Made by a program: the position numbers and the translations under genes
The notes under the pieces: generated by a model
What the model saw: the letters and a program-made list of their open reading frames with translations, nothing else
Databases searched by the model: none
Told to the model about the DNA's origin: nothing
Origin: an uncultured Bacteroidales bacterium
GTDB taxonomy: Bacteria > Bacteroidota > Bacteroidia > Bacteroidales > WCHB1-69
Reading direction: 5' to 3'
Assembly (NCBI GenBank): GCA_946409645.1
Contig: CAMJXE010000008.1
Span: forward strand, 263 to 64,262
Length of the DNA stretch: 64,000 nt
Shown: in pieces, positions 51,927-61,569 of the stretch
Layout: every line of letters starts with the position of its first letter
Position numbering within the stretch: position 1 is the stretch's first letter

Positions 51927-53132
51927 ATGATGACTCTACGTCAACAATTTTTGGCACACATAGGACAAACTTCCCCCGAACCCCTTCTTTTGGAAGTGGA
52001 ACGGGCGGAAGGTGTTTTTTTTTATACGCCACAAGGAAAACGTTATTATGATTTGATTTCGGGCGTGTCGGTGAACAATGTCGGTCATGCCAACCCCGCC
52101 GTTATTTCAGCAGTACAGATGCAAGCAGCTGATTATATGCACGTTATGGTGTATGGCGAATTGGTGGAACGGCCACAAGTGCAATATGCAAAGCTAATTT
52201 CCGAATTACTTCCCGACCCGTTAGACAGCGTCTATTTCGTGAATTCGGGCAGCGAGGCGGTGGAAGGGGCTCTAAAACTAGCAAAACGTTACACCGGGAG
52301 GCACAAGATGATGTCGATGCACTGTGCTTACCACGGCTCTAACCATGGCTCGCTCAGCATGATGGCCTCTCCTGAGGGTGACACTTGGAAAGCACCTTTC
52401 CAACCGCTACTCCCTAACGTGGAATACTTGTGGTTCAACAACTTCGACGACATTAACCGCATTGACGAAGAAACCGCCTGCGTATTGGTGGAACCCGTGC
52501 AAGGCGAAGCTGGCGTTATTCCCCCGAAAGAGGGTTACTTACAAGCCCTTCGCAGACGTTGCGACGAAACTGGCACCATGCTGATATTCGATGAGATACA
52601 GACGGGATTGGGTCGCACTGGCGCGATGTTCGCCATGCAGAAATATGGCGTAACACCTGATATTGTATGTTTGGCGAAGGCTTTTGGCGGCGGAATGCCC
52701 CTTGGTGCCTTCATCTCCTCGAAAGAGATTATGGACTCTCTGCAGAGCAATCCCGTTTTGGGACATATCACCACTTTCGGCGGGCATCCTGTGTGCTGTG
52801 CCGCTGGTTTGGCCGCTCTTCAGTATAATATTGACAATCACTTAGTTGACAATGTCGAAGAAAAGGGGAAACGTTACGAAGAAGCTTTAAAGAATGCCCC
52901 GCACGTACAAGAAATTCGCCGCAGCGGCCTGTTGATGGCCGTGGAACTCGGTTCTTCCGACAAGCTCTTCAAGATAATGTCTCTCTTCAAAGAAAACGGC
53001 ATCATGAGCGACTGGTTCCTCTTCTGCGACACCGCTTTCCGCATCTCCCCTCCGCTGACGATTTCTGAGGAGGAGATTGATGATTCGTGTAGGATAATTT
53101 TGCGTTGTTTAGAAAATATTTACGAACAATAG
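51927..53132 (+). CDS. Class-III PLP-dependent aminotransferase (acetylornithine/ornithine aminotransferase-like)
   Basis: GSEAVEGALKLAKR, DEIQTGLGRTG, LAKAFGGGMP (PLP Lys). Confidence 0.85.
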   Translation: MMTLRQQFLAHIGQTSPEPLLLEVERAEGVFFYTPQGKRYYDLISGVSVNNVGHANPAVISAVQMQAADYMHVMVYGELVERPQVQYAKLISELLPDPLDSVYFVNSGSEAVEGALKLAKRYTGRHKMMSMHCAYHGSNHGSLSMMASPEGDTWKAPFQPLLPNVEYLWFNNFDDINRIDEETACVLVEPVQGEAGVIPPKEGYLQALRRRCDETGTMLIFDEIQTGLGRTGAMFAMQKYGVTPDIVCLAKAFGGGMPLGAFISSKEIMDSLQSNPVLGHITTFGGHPVCCAAGLAALQYNIDNHLVDNVEEKGKRYEEALKNAPHVQEIRRSGLLMAVELGSSDKLFKIMSLFKENGIMSDWFLFCDTAFRISPPLTISEEEIDDSCRIILRCLENIYEQ

Positions 53133-53173
53133 ACATTTTGCGCCTTACACGCCCTTAACCATGTAAACAAACC

Positions 53174-53220
53174 TTAAACCATAAACCTTAAACCATAAAC
53201 CTTAAACCATAAACCTAAAC
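53174..53220 (+). repeat. (TTAAACC ATAAACC)x3 tandem array
   Basis: Three near-perfect 14-nt units plus a partial unit, ending 1 nt before ATG 53222 (recG). Degenerate copies extend back to about 53148. Confidence 0.95.
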
Positions 53221-53221
53221 A

Positions 53222-55342
53222 ATGACCTCTACCACAAGCGACTTACTAAGCACCCCCATCGAATTCCTGAAAGGAGTTGGCGAAAAGCGGGGAGGGGTGC
53301 TCCGAAAGGAATTCAACATCCAAACTTTTAATGACTTACTGTACTATTTTCCGTACCGCCATATTGACAAGTCGCACGTTTATCATGTGAGCGACATCGT
53401 GAATGACGGTGGGTATATTCTCTTGCGCGGCACTATCAGCAACGTCCGTATCGTGGGACAAATGCGCGCGCAAAGGCTCACCGCGCAATTCACCGACGAG
53501 ACTGGTGCTATCGAATTAGTCTGGTTCAATGGCATCCGGTGGGTACAGGACGTGCTGAAATCGCGCAAAGAATTCGTGATTTTCGGCAAACCGACACTCT
53601 TCAACAACAGATGGAACATCACCCATCCTGAACTTATTGATCCCGCACAACAGCAAAACTCCCCCATTTCACTGCGATTCCAACCACTCTACAACACTTC
53701 CGAAACAGCCAAGAAGAAATCGCTGGATTCCAAAGCAATGTCCAAGCTGACGGCCAACCTCTTAACGCAGGTCAAAGACATCATCCCCGAAACGATGCCT
53801 CGCGAGATGGTGGAAGAGCTACATTTGATGACCCTACGCGACGCACTCGTCAATATCCATTACCCTGAAGACAACCAGAAACTGTCACAGGCCACGTTGC
53901 GCTTGAAGTTCGACGAACTCTTTTTCACACAACTCAAACTACTGAAACTCAAATTGATAAACACCAACCGTTTTAAGGGATTTGTCTTTTCTCAAGTAGG
54001 ACATTACTTCAACACTTTCTATAAAGAATGTTTGCCGTTCGACCTGACCAACGCACAGAAACGGGTGCTCAGGGAGATTCGCGGCGACGTAGGTAGCGGT
54101 CGTCAAATGAACCGCTTGCTTCAGGGCGACGTGGGTAGCGGTAAGACCATCATCGCGCTCTTCAGTATGTTGTTAGCTATTGATAACGGGTATCAAGCCT
54201 GCATGATGGCACCCACGGAAATCCTTGCCACTCAACATTACGAAAAAATCAGTAAACAACTGGAACACATTGGATTACGTGTCGAATTCCTCTCTGGATC
54301 TACCAAAACGGCCAAACGCAAACAATTGCTCACTGACTTGCAGAACGGTCAGGTTAGCATCCTTATCGGCACCCATGCACTCATCGAAGATAACGTGGTT
54401 TTCAACAAATTAGGCATTGTCGTCATTGATGAACAGCACCGTTTCGGGGTGGAGCAACGGGCGAAGTTATGGCGCAAGAGCGGTGCCATTCCTCCGCATA
54501 TCCTCGTGATGACCGCCACACCAATACCGCGCACTCTCGCCATGACCCTTTACGGTGATTTGGACGTTTCCGTCATTGACGAGTTACCAGCGGGACGTAA
54601 ACCTATTGTCACTCAACATTATTACGAGAAAGACCGCCTCAAAATGTTTGGTTTCCTGAAACAGCAGATTGCGGAAGGGCGGCAGGTTTTCATCGTCTAT
54701 CCCCTGATTCAGGAGTCGGAGGCGTTGGACTTGCTTGATTTACAGGCTGGTTACGAAGCCATCGAGCGCAGTTTCCCACCACCGGAATACAGCATCGGGG
54801 TGGTGCATGGCAAGATGAAGGCCGAGGAGAAGGATTACACCATGAACTGCTTCAAGAAGGGGCAAATCCAGATTCTGCTCTCCACCACGGTGATTGAAGT
54901 GGGCATCGACGTTCCGAACGCCACAGTGATGGTTATCGAAAACGCCGAACGGTTCGGACTCTCGCAGCTTCACCAGCTGCGCGGGCGCGTGGGCAGAGGC
55001 GGCAACCAATCGTACTGCATACTCATGTCCAAATACGAACTCTCCTCCGAAGGTCGCAAGCGCCTGAATGCCATGGTAGAAACCAACGACGGATTCGAAA
55101 TCGCCAACTTCGATTTGCAACTGCGCGGTCCCGGCGACCTGCAAGGCACTCGCCAAAGCGGCATGCTCGACTTCAAAATCGCCGACCTTACCAAAGACGA
55201 GAAATTGGTGGTTTACACTCGTAACTATGCACAACAAGTGCTGGACAAAGACCCTGATTTGTCGCTACCCGAGCACAAACGTCTCGCTGAAACATTGGAG
55301 AATCAGGTGCAAAAGGACACCAACTGGAGCGTAATCAGCTAA
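53222..55342 (+). CDS. recG: ATP-dependent DNA helicase RecG
   Basis: Helicase motifs GDVGSGKT, DEQHRFG, MTATPIPRT, QLHQLRGRVGRG. N-terminal wedge domain. 706 aa. Confidence 0.9.
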   Translation: MTSTTSDLLSTPIEFLKGVGEKRGGVLRKEFNIQTFNDLLYYFPYRHIDKSHVYHVSDIVNDGGYILLRGTISNVRIVGQMRAQRLTAQFTDETGAIELVWFNGIRWVQDVLKSRKEFVIFGKPTLFNNRWNITHPELIDPAQQQNSPISLRFQPLYNTSETAKKKSLDSKAMSKLTANLLTQVKDIIPETMPREMVEELHLMTLRDALVNIHYPEDNQKLSQATLRLKFDELFFTQLKLLKLKLINTNRFKGFVFSQVGHYFNTFYKECLPFDLTNAQKRVLREIRGDVGSGRQMNRLLQGDVGSGKTIIALFSMLLAIDNGYQACMMAPTEILATQHYEKISKQLEHIGLRVEFLSGSTKTAKRKQLLTDLQNGQVSILIGTHALIEDNVVFNKLGIVVIDEQHRFGVEQRAKLWRKSGAIPPHILVMTATPIPRTLAMTLYGDLDVSVIDELPAGRKPIVTQHYYEKDRLKMFGFLKQQIAEGRQVFIVYPLIQESEALDLLDLQAGYEAIERSFPPPEYSIGVVHGKMKAEEKDYTMNCFKKGQIQILLSTTVIEVGIDVPNATVMVIENAERFGLSQLHQLRGRVGRGGNQSYCILMSKYELSSEGRKRLNAMVETNDGFEIANFDLQLRGPGDLQGTRQSGMLDFKIADLTKDEKLVVYTRNYAQQVLDKDPDLSLPEHKRLAETLENQVQKDTNWSVIS

Positions 55343-55362
55343 TACCTAACCTTTAAATACAC

Positions 55363-55390
55363 GTAGAGACGCGATGAATCGCGTCTCTAC
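55363..55390. terminator. Bidirectional terminator between convergent recG and the S46 peptidase gene
   Basis: 12-bp stem GTAGAGACGCGA / TCGCGTCTCTAC with a 4-nt loop. Confidence 0.7.
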
Positions 55391-55416
55391 AACAGGGTTA
55401 CACAAAAAAACGTAGA

Positions 55417-57576
55417 TTATTTCCGAATATCCATCTCTTTCAACAAATATCCGGCACCACCGAACTTGTCGATGACGAAAAGGACGTAACGAACGTCAAC
55501 ATTGATGCAGCGTTGCAGCTCGGTGTTGAAGACGATATCACTGCTCAATGCCTCCCAATTGCCGTCGAAAGCCAAGCCGATGAGTTCTCCATTGCCGTTC
55601 ATAATCGGGCTGCCAGAGTTACCGCCAGTGATGTCGTTATTAGAGAGGAAGCAGACGTGCATAGTGCCGTCCTTATCCAAATATTGACCGAAATCTTTCT
55701 TCAAAATGAGGTCTTTCAGCTTAGCGGGAACATCAAACTCGAAATCGCCGGGAACCTCTTTTTCGAGGATACCCTTGGTGGTGGTGTAGTAATTGTAATG
55801 CACACCATCAGCAGGATAGTAATCGCAAATGGTACCGAAAGTGGTACGCATCGTGCTGTTGGCATCCGGATACATCGGGGTTGCTGCGTTCATCTCCTTC
55901 AGTGCTGCAATGTAGGTGCGACGCGGAACCTCCAACTTTTCGTCATAGGAGAAAACAGATGAATTGAGCATCAGATATTGATACACGGCTTGGAAATACT
56001 GATATGCAGGATCGTTCACCAACACCTTTTCTGACGGAGATTTCACAAATTTCTCAAAATTATTCTTGCTGATGAAAATGGAGTTGAGCATAGCCTTCTC
56101 AAAAGCGGCATAATCTCCTTTATACTTCTTGGCGAAGAAAGTCAGGTCAGGACGGTTGGACTCTGAGTGGTTGTTCCAAGTCTTGAGAGCAGCCACCACG
56201 ATTTTAGCTTCGGTAGCGGGATCAGTGTCATTATTGTAATTGTCGAAAGATTTCAACAACTTCTCCACTTTGGAGTCGTCGAATTTCTTCTGACCTTTGT
56301 CGAGTTTCAACTGGCCATGCAGACGCAATGTGGCAAGCAACGTCGGAGAAGCGGAGAACTGAAGATTGCCGTTCATCACAGATTTGAACTTGGCACCGTC
56401 AACTTCCTTGCAGACTTTTTCAATTTCGCTCAAACAGTTGCCATATTTATCTTTGCGTTTGCTGTCAGCATTGATCCATTTCATCAATTCTGATTCTTGT
56501 TTTGCCTTGGACTCCACCACTTTGAGAGCCTTCAAGCTCTCCACCTCACCGTGTTGGTTCTTCCAGTAGTTGGCCAAACCAGCATGTTTGTCAGCGTATT
56601 GAAGATGCACCTTCTGAGAAGCCTCCATAGCATCGTGAATCACGGGCAAAATAGCATCCAAAGGTTCGTAAATGGCAGGAGCATTGATGTCGATTTCGTT
56701 TTGCACTTCGTATGAAGTCATGAAACGATTGGTGGTGCCAGGATAACCCCAAATCATGGTGTAATCACCAGGTTGATAACCTTTCAAGCTAATCGGAAGA
56801 TAATGTTTCGGTTTCATCGGAACGTTTTCCTTAGAGTATTTTGCAGGAGAACCGTCGGGAGCGGTGTAGATGCGGAACACGGTGAAGTCGCCGGTGTGAC
56901 GAGGCCACATCCAGTTGTCGGTGTCGCCGCCGAACTTACCGATGGAACTCGGGGGAGCCACCACGAGGCGCACGTCCTGATACATTGTGTAGATGAACAT
57001 GTAGTACTCATTGCCTTCGTAGAAGGGCTTCACTACTACTTTGTAGCGGCCGTCTGCGGAGTTCTCCTTTTTCAGTTTCTTGATAGCCTCCTCCACATAT
57101 TTTGCACGATCGTTTTCGGTGGTGTTCTCGTCCACCTTTGCCAGCACAGTGCTAGTCACATCTTCCATTCTTTCAAGGAAATGTACATGGAAATTCACGG
57201 GCAGCTCCTCCTCCTTACTCATGGCAAAGAAACCGTTGTTGAGATAGTCGTGCTCCACAGTGGAGAGCTCCACGACGGATGAGTAACCACAGTGGTGATT
57301 GGTGAACATCAGACCGTCCTTTGAGACAATCTCACCCGTGCAGAAACCATCGCCAAGTTGCACAATGGCGTCTTTCAAGGAAGAATGGTTAATGTCATAC
57401 AACTGTTCTGCAGTGAGCTGCAAGCCCATCTTCTGCATCTGTGCATAATTGTAATTCTTGATGAACATAGGCAACCACATGCCTTCATCCGGCGGATTCA
57501 CAGCGAAAACGGGTGCTGTAATCGCCAAAACTGCCACAATCAGCAGTTGTTTTTTCAGAAATGATAAAAACTTCAT
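55417..57576 (-). CDS. S46-family dipeptidyl-peptidase (DPP7/DPP11 type)
   Basis: Signal peptide, FTNHHCG (catalytic His), GGNSGSP (catalytic Ser). 719 aa. Confidence 0.85.
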   Translation of the reverse strand: MKFLSFLKKQLLIVAVLAITAPVFAVNPPDEGMWLPMFIKNYNYAQMQKMGLQLTAEQLYDINHSSLKDAIVQLGDGFCTGEIVSKDGLMFTNHHCGYSSVVELSTVEHDYLNNGFFAMSKEEELPVNFHVHFLERMEDVTSTVLAKVDENTTENDRAKYVEEAIKKLKKENSADGRYKVVVKPFYEGNEYYMFIYTMYQDVRLVVAPPSSIGKFGGDTDNWMWPRHTGDFTVFRIYTAPDGSPAKYSKENVPMKPKHYLPISLKGYQPGDYTMIWGYPGTTNRFMTSYEVQNEIDINAPAIYEPLDAILPVIHDAMEASQKVHLQYADKHAGLANYWKNQHGEVESLKALKVVESKAKQESELMKWINADSKRKDKYGNCLSEIEKVCKEVDGAKFKSVMNGNLQFSASPTLLATLRLHGQLKLDKGQKKFDDSKVEKLLKSFDNYNNDTDPATEAKIVVAALKTWNNHSESNRPDLTFFAKKYKGDYAAFEKAMLNSIFISKNNFEKFVKSPSEKVLVNDPAYQYFQAVYQYLMLNSSVFSYDEKLEVPRRTYIAALKEMNAATPMYPDANSTMRTTFGTICDYYPADGVHYNYYTTTKGILEKEVPGDFEFDVPAKLKDLILKKDFGQYLDKDGTMHVCFLSNNDITGGNSGSPIMNGNGELIGLAFDGNWEALSSDIVFNTELQRCINVDVRYVLFVIDKFGGAGYLLKEMDIRK

Positions 57577-57641
57577 AATACTTTGATTTGTTTATTGTTT
57601 GTATATTGTTTACTACACTCTTACACAACCTTTTGTATAAA

Positions 57642-58298
57642 TCACTCATTAGATGCCACCTCTACAGGATTTACTACATTTTCCTCTTCTTTATTTTCTA
57701 ATTCATTGAAAATACGTTTGTTAAAGATAATCGCCATGAAAATACCCACGGTGATGCAAGCATCCGCGAAGTTGAAGATAGCCGGGAAGAAATAGGAACC
57801 GCCCCAAAGCGGGAATTTTTCAGGAATCCAGAAAAGTTTAAGGTAGAACATATCAACCACTTTGCCGAAGAAAAATGGTGCATACCCGTGCCCTGGCGAC
57901 CACTTTGCCACTTCAAGGAAATTGCTTTCCGTAAAGCAAAGTCCATAAAACATACTGTCGATGATATTGCCAAACGCACCCGCTATCACCAGGCAGAAAA
58001 TCGCGAGAACCACACCGTCCATCTTCTCCTCTTTCAGCCGTTTGATAAAATACCAGCAGAGCAAGCCCACCAAAAGAATACGCACGATGGACAGCAACAA
58101 TTTCCCAACCTGTTGCCCGAAGCTAATTCCAAAAGCCATACCTTCATTCTCCACAAAATGAAGGTTTAACCATTGCCCGAGCAACGGAACAGTCTGTCCC
58201 ACAGTAAAATGTGTCTTTACCCAAAATTTGATGATTTGATCTATGATGATGAGCACAAGCACCACAATTACCGCAATCCAAGCGTATTTCTTTTTCAA
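57642..58298 (-). CDS. lspA: Lipoprotein signal peptidase (signal peptidase II)
   Basis: VENEGMAFG and FNFADACIT motifs, 4 TM. The only in-frame start before the first TM helix is a TTG at 58298. Confidence 0.85.
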   Translation of the reverse strand: MKKKYAWIAVIVVLVLIIIDQIIKFWVKTHFTVGQTVPLLGQWLNLHFVENEGMAFGISFGQQVGKLLLSIVRILLVGLLCWYFIKRLKEEKMDGVVLAIFCLVIAGAFGNIIDSMFYGLCFTESNFLEVAKWSPGHGYAPFFFGKVVDMFYLKLFWIPEKFPLWGGSYFFPAIFNFADACITVGIFMAIIFNKRIFNELENKEEENVVNPVEVASNE

Positions 58299-58335
58299 TT
58301 TTTCAGTTTTAATAATTATTACACAAAATAAAGTG

Positions 58336-58343
58336 CAAAAATA
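58336..58343 (-). promoter_or_regulatory. -7 box (TATTTTTG) for lspA (and the downstream S46 peptidase gene)
   Basis: Forward GTGCAAAAATATAA. 37 nt upstream of the TTG start at 58298. Confidence 0.5.
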
Positions 58344-58467
58344 TAAAAATATTGAATATGTTCATAGCCTTTCCCGCATTTTCACGATGATTAACATGTA
58401 CCCTTCTGGAAAAGAATATTTTTTGACAACAATAATATGAAAACTTTGTTCGTTATGATTTTTTTTA

Positions 58468-58475
58468 TATTTTTG
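58468..58475 (+). promoter_or_regulatory. -7 box (TATTTTTG) for the small lipoprotein / mltF-like / purD unit
   Basis: TTTTTTATATTTTTGCCA. 26 nt upstream of ATG 58502. Confidence 0.5.
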
Positions 58476-58501
58476 CCATTCCTTTTTAGAAATAAAGCTT
58501 T

Positions 58502-58909
58502 ATGAAAAAAACGAGAATTATTCTGCCGATCATGATCGCCTTAGTAGGCGTGCTTCTTTTCTCACAATGCAAGAAGGACCACTCCTGCAAAATGCGCATC
58601 ACATGCTATTATTCATCCAATGGCATGGATGCCGATTCGGTAGTGCCTTACGCCTTGATTTCGTTTGACACCGTCAAATACAACGCTGGCCTGGCCGTGC
58701 AGACCGCCATTTCTAAGGTGCAAGATCAGCCTACAAATGCCAAAGGCGTTTTCACCTACACGCTCGACTACCCCGCACTGCTAATCGTGAACGCAGTGAA
58801 GTATGACACGGTGAACGGAACGCCCTACAAATACACCGGTACCACTCAAGTACAAGTGAATGAAGGCGAGACGACCGAAAAGACCATCTTGATGGTGGAG
58901 ACCAACTAA
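58502..58909 (+). CDS. Small lipoprotein, unknown function
   Basis: Signal peptide with lipobox LFSQC. ATG lies 26 nt after a TATTTTTG box. Confidence 0.5.
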   Translation: MKKTRIILPIMIALVGVLLFSQCKKDHSCKMRITCYYSSNGMDADSVVPYALISFDTVKYNAGLAVQTAISKVQDQPTNAKGVFTYTLDYPALLIVNAVKYDTVNGTPYKYTGTTQVQVNEGETTEKTILMVETN

Positions 58910-58919
58910 ATTCCTGATT

Positions 58920-60284
58920 TTGAATAGAAAACACCTTAGTTATCTATTTCTCATAATCGCATCCATTCTGCTTGCCATCGTGGTATTATGGCGTGGGCAT
59001 GTTTTTAATATGCCCAACATTCATATCCCTAAACACGAGAAAAAGCAACCAAAACGCAGCGACACACTTTCTGTGTGCCTGTTTTATCATGCCGCCGATT
59101 ACTTCGTCTATCAAGGCTCAGTCATTGGTTTTCAATATGACATGCTCAAACAACTGGAGAAAAACCTCCATCGGCCGGTGGATATCACTATCGAGGCCGA
59201 TGCCGAGACCATGTTCCTGACCGCTCTATCCAACAAGTACGACATTGTCTGCTTCGACTTCGACAAGGCCAACTATGTCCCCAATTATATCACAGTTTCA
59301 GAACCCATCGCCTACACCTATCCCGTACTGATTATGCGCAAAAAAGATGCCGCATACGATACACTTCCGCATATCGTCAACACCTCCGCGAAATATTACA
59401 ACCAATTAGATTTCAGCTCCTTGAACAACCCCTCTTCCTGGATAGTGAAACACAATCCAGACTTTGCCATTGAAGATTTGATGGACATGCTGGTAGATAA
59501 AACCATCGACTACGCCGTCTGCAACTACAACGAAGCTATCACATTGATGCCCTTCTACACACAACTGACCATCGGACCGCGCGTGGGCGAAAATTTCCCG
59601 CGCACTTGGATCCTCAATAACCATAACAACGTTCTCAATGACTCTATCAATCAGTGGCTTTCCGAATACAAAGAGACCAACAAATACCAAGCTTTGTGCA
59701 GAAAGTACCTCTCTCCCCACTCCTACGTCATCTCTCAATCGTTCGGAAAAAGCAAGAACAGCACTTCGCAATACGATGCGGTTTTGAAGAAAGCGGCTTC
59801 AAAACTCGGCTTCGATTGGCGGCTTATTTCGTCAATCATTTATCAAGAATCCCATTTCATTCCCGATTTGATTGGTTTCGGAGGCAGTTTCGGAATCATG
59901 CAGATGATGCCCGCCACCTGCGAAAGTTACGGCATCACCGACTCTTCTTCCGTGGAAGATCAGATTTGGGCTGGTGCAAAATACATTTCGTACTTGTGCA
60001 ATATTTTCAAGGATAAAGTCGATACCGCCGACCTCTACTATTTCGTGGCAGGCGCTTACAATTCGGGGCCCGGCCATATTTTAGACGCCATTGCTCTTTG
60101 CAAAAAACATGACGATGATGCCACCAAATGGACAAACGTATCGGAGTACCTGATTAAGAAATCCCATAAAGAATACTATCGGGACGATGTAGTAAAATGT
60201 GGTTATTATCCTGGTAAACATACCGTTAACTATGTAGATCAGGTAATGACAAGATATAATGGATATACATTAACAAAAAAATAA
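58920..60284 (+). CDS. Membrane-bound lytic transglycosylase (MltF-like: solute-binding-like domain plus SLT domain)
   Basis: TM anchor. C-terminal SLT motifs IIYQESHF (catalytic Glu), GIMQMMPAT, AGAYNSGPG. Apparent TTG start at 58920. Its stop overlaps the purD ATG. Confidence 0.75.
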   Translation: MNRKHLSYLFLIIASILLAIVVLWRGHVFNMPNIHIPKHEKKQPKRSDTLSVCLFYHAADYFVYQGSVIGFQYDMLKQLEKNLHRPVDITIEADAETMFLTALSNKYDIVCFDFDKANYVPNYITVSEPIAYTYPVLIMRKKDAAYDTLPHIVNTSAKYYNQLDFSSLNNPSSWIVKHNPDFAIEDLMDMLVDKTIDYAVCNYNEAITLMPFYTQLTIGPRVGENFPRTWILNNHNNVLNDSINQWLSEYKETNKYQALCRKYLSPHSYVISQSFGKSKNSTSQYDAVLKKAASKLGFDWRLISSIIYQESHFIPDLIGFGGSFGIMQMMPATCESYGITDSSSVEDQIWAGAKYISYLCNIFKDKVDTADLYYFVAGAYNSGPGHILDAIALCKKHDDDATKWTNVSEYLIKKSHKEYYRDDVVKCGYYPGKHTVNYVDQVMTRYNGYTLTKK

Positions 60285-61549
60285 TGAGAGTATTAGTGAT
60301 CGGACGCGGTGGCCGCGAGCACGCCATCGCTTGGAAAATGGCACAATCGGCATTGAAGCCGGAGATTTTTATCGCACCTGGCAACCCCGGAATGTTGTCT
60401 ATCAGCACACAAACCGCCACACAAGTACAGTTGGTCGGCATTGACGAAACAGCGAGCGAGCAACTACGAGACTTTGCCTTGGAAAACCACATCGATTTGA
60501 CGGTGGTAGGCCCTGAAGCGGCACTCGCCTGCGACATCGCCACGGTATTTGCCACCGCTGGACTGCGTATCTTCGCCCCAACAGCTGCCGCCGCTCGCAT
60601 TGAAAGCAGCAAGGAGTTCGCCAAGGATTTGATGCAGAAGTATCAGATCCCCACCGCCCGTTACCGCACATTTGAAGACTATGAGGCTGCAAAACAGTAT
60701 CTTTACGAACATGGCGCTCCCATTGTCATTAAGTATGACGGTTTGGCTGCCGGTAAGGGCGTGGTAGTCGCTGTGACGGCAGAAGATGCTGACAATGCTT
60801 TGAAAGACATGCTGTTAGACAATCGTTTCGGCAAAGGCAAGGTCGTGATGGAAGAGTTCTTGCAAGGTCCTGAATTTTCTTTGTTGACTTTAGTGAACGG
60901 TGAACAAGTGGTACCGCTCGTCATCGCGCAGGATCATAAACGCGCCTATGATGGCGACAAAGGTCCGAACACCGGCGGCATGGGAGCCTATTCGCCCGTG
61001 CCCGTCATTCCGCAAACGCAAATCGACTGGGCTGTGGAGCATATCATGAAACCTACTGCAAAGGCCTTGATAGCAGAAGGTTATCCGTTCTGCGGAGTGC
61101 TTTACGGTGGCTTGATGCTGACCAACGAAGGTCCCAAAGTGATCGAGTTCAACGCCCGTTTTGGAGACCCCGAAACCGAAGTAGTATTACCGAAACTCAA
61201 GAGCGACCTCACACAAATGATGCTTGATATTCTTGAAAATAAAGAAGTTAAAGCTGAATTCTACGATGAATCTTTTTTAGGTGTGGTGCTTGCCGCCAAA
61301 GGTTACCCAGGTAGCTACACCAAAAATATCCCACTGAACAGTCCCGCTGACATTCCGCAACAAGTCTTCTGTATGGGCGTAAAAGAAGAAAACGGTCAAC
61401 TATACTCCAACGGTGGCCGCGTGCTTTTCGTTGTGGGGAAAGGCAAAACATTACAAGAGGCTAAACAAGACGCCTATCAGGGAGTTGAAAAGATGGCGCA
61501 CCCGGATTTGTTCTACCGAAGCGACATCGGTTGGCAGGCGGTATTGTAA
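60284..61549 (+). CDS. purD: Phosphoribosylamine--glycine ligase
   Basis: MRVLVIGRGGREHAIAWK, ATP-grasp core, GGMGAYSP, NGGRVL. Confidence 0.95.
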   Translation: MRVLVIGRGGREHAIAWKMAQSALKPEIFIAPGNPGMLSISTQTATQVQLVGIDETASEQLRDFALENHIDLTVVGPEAALACDIATVFATAGLRIFAPTAAAARIESSKEFAKDLMQKYQIPTARYRTFEDYEAAKQYLYEHGAPIVIKYDGLAAGKGVVVAVTAEDADNALKDMLLDNRFGKGKVVMEEFLQGPEFSLLTLVNGEQVVPLVIAQDHKRAYDGDKGPNTGGMGAYSPVPVIPQTQIDWAVEHIMKPTAKALIAEGYPFCGVLYGGLMLTNEGPKVIEFNARFGDPETEVVLPKLKSDLTQMMLDILENKEVKAEFYDESFLGVVLAAKGYPGSYTKNIPLNSPADIPQQVFCMGVKEENGQLYSNGGRVLFVVGKGKTLQEAKQDAYQGVEKMAHPDLFYRSDIGWQAVL

Positions 61550-61569
61550 AAGCGTTTCTTGAAAAGTCT

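Noticed and set aside
54740-55237. 165-aa minus-strand ORF
   Set aside because: It is antisense to recG.
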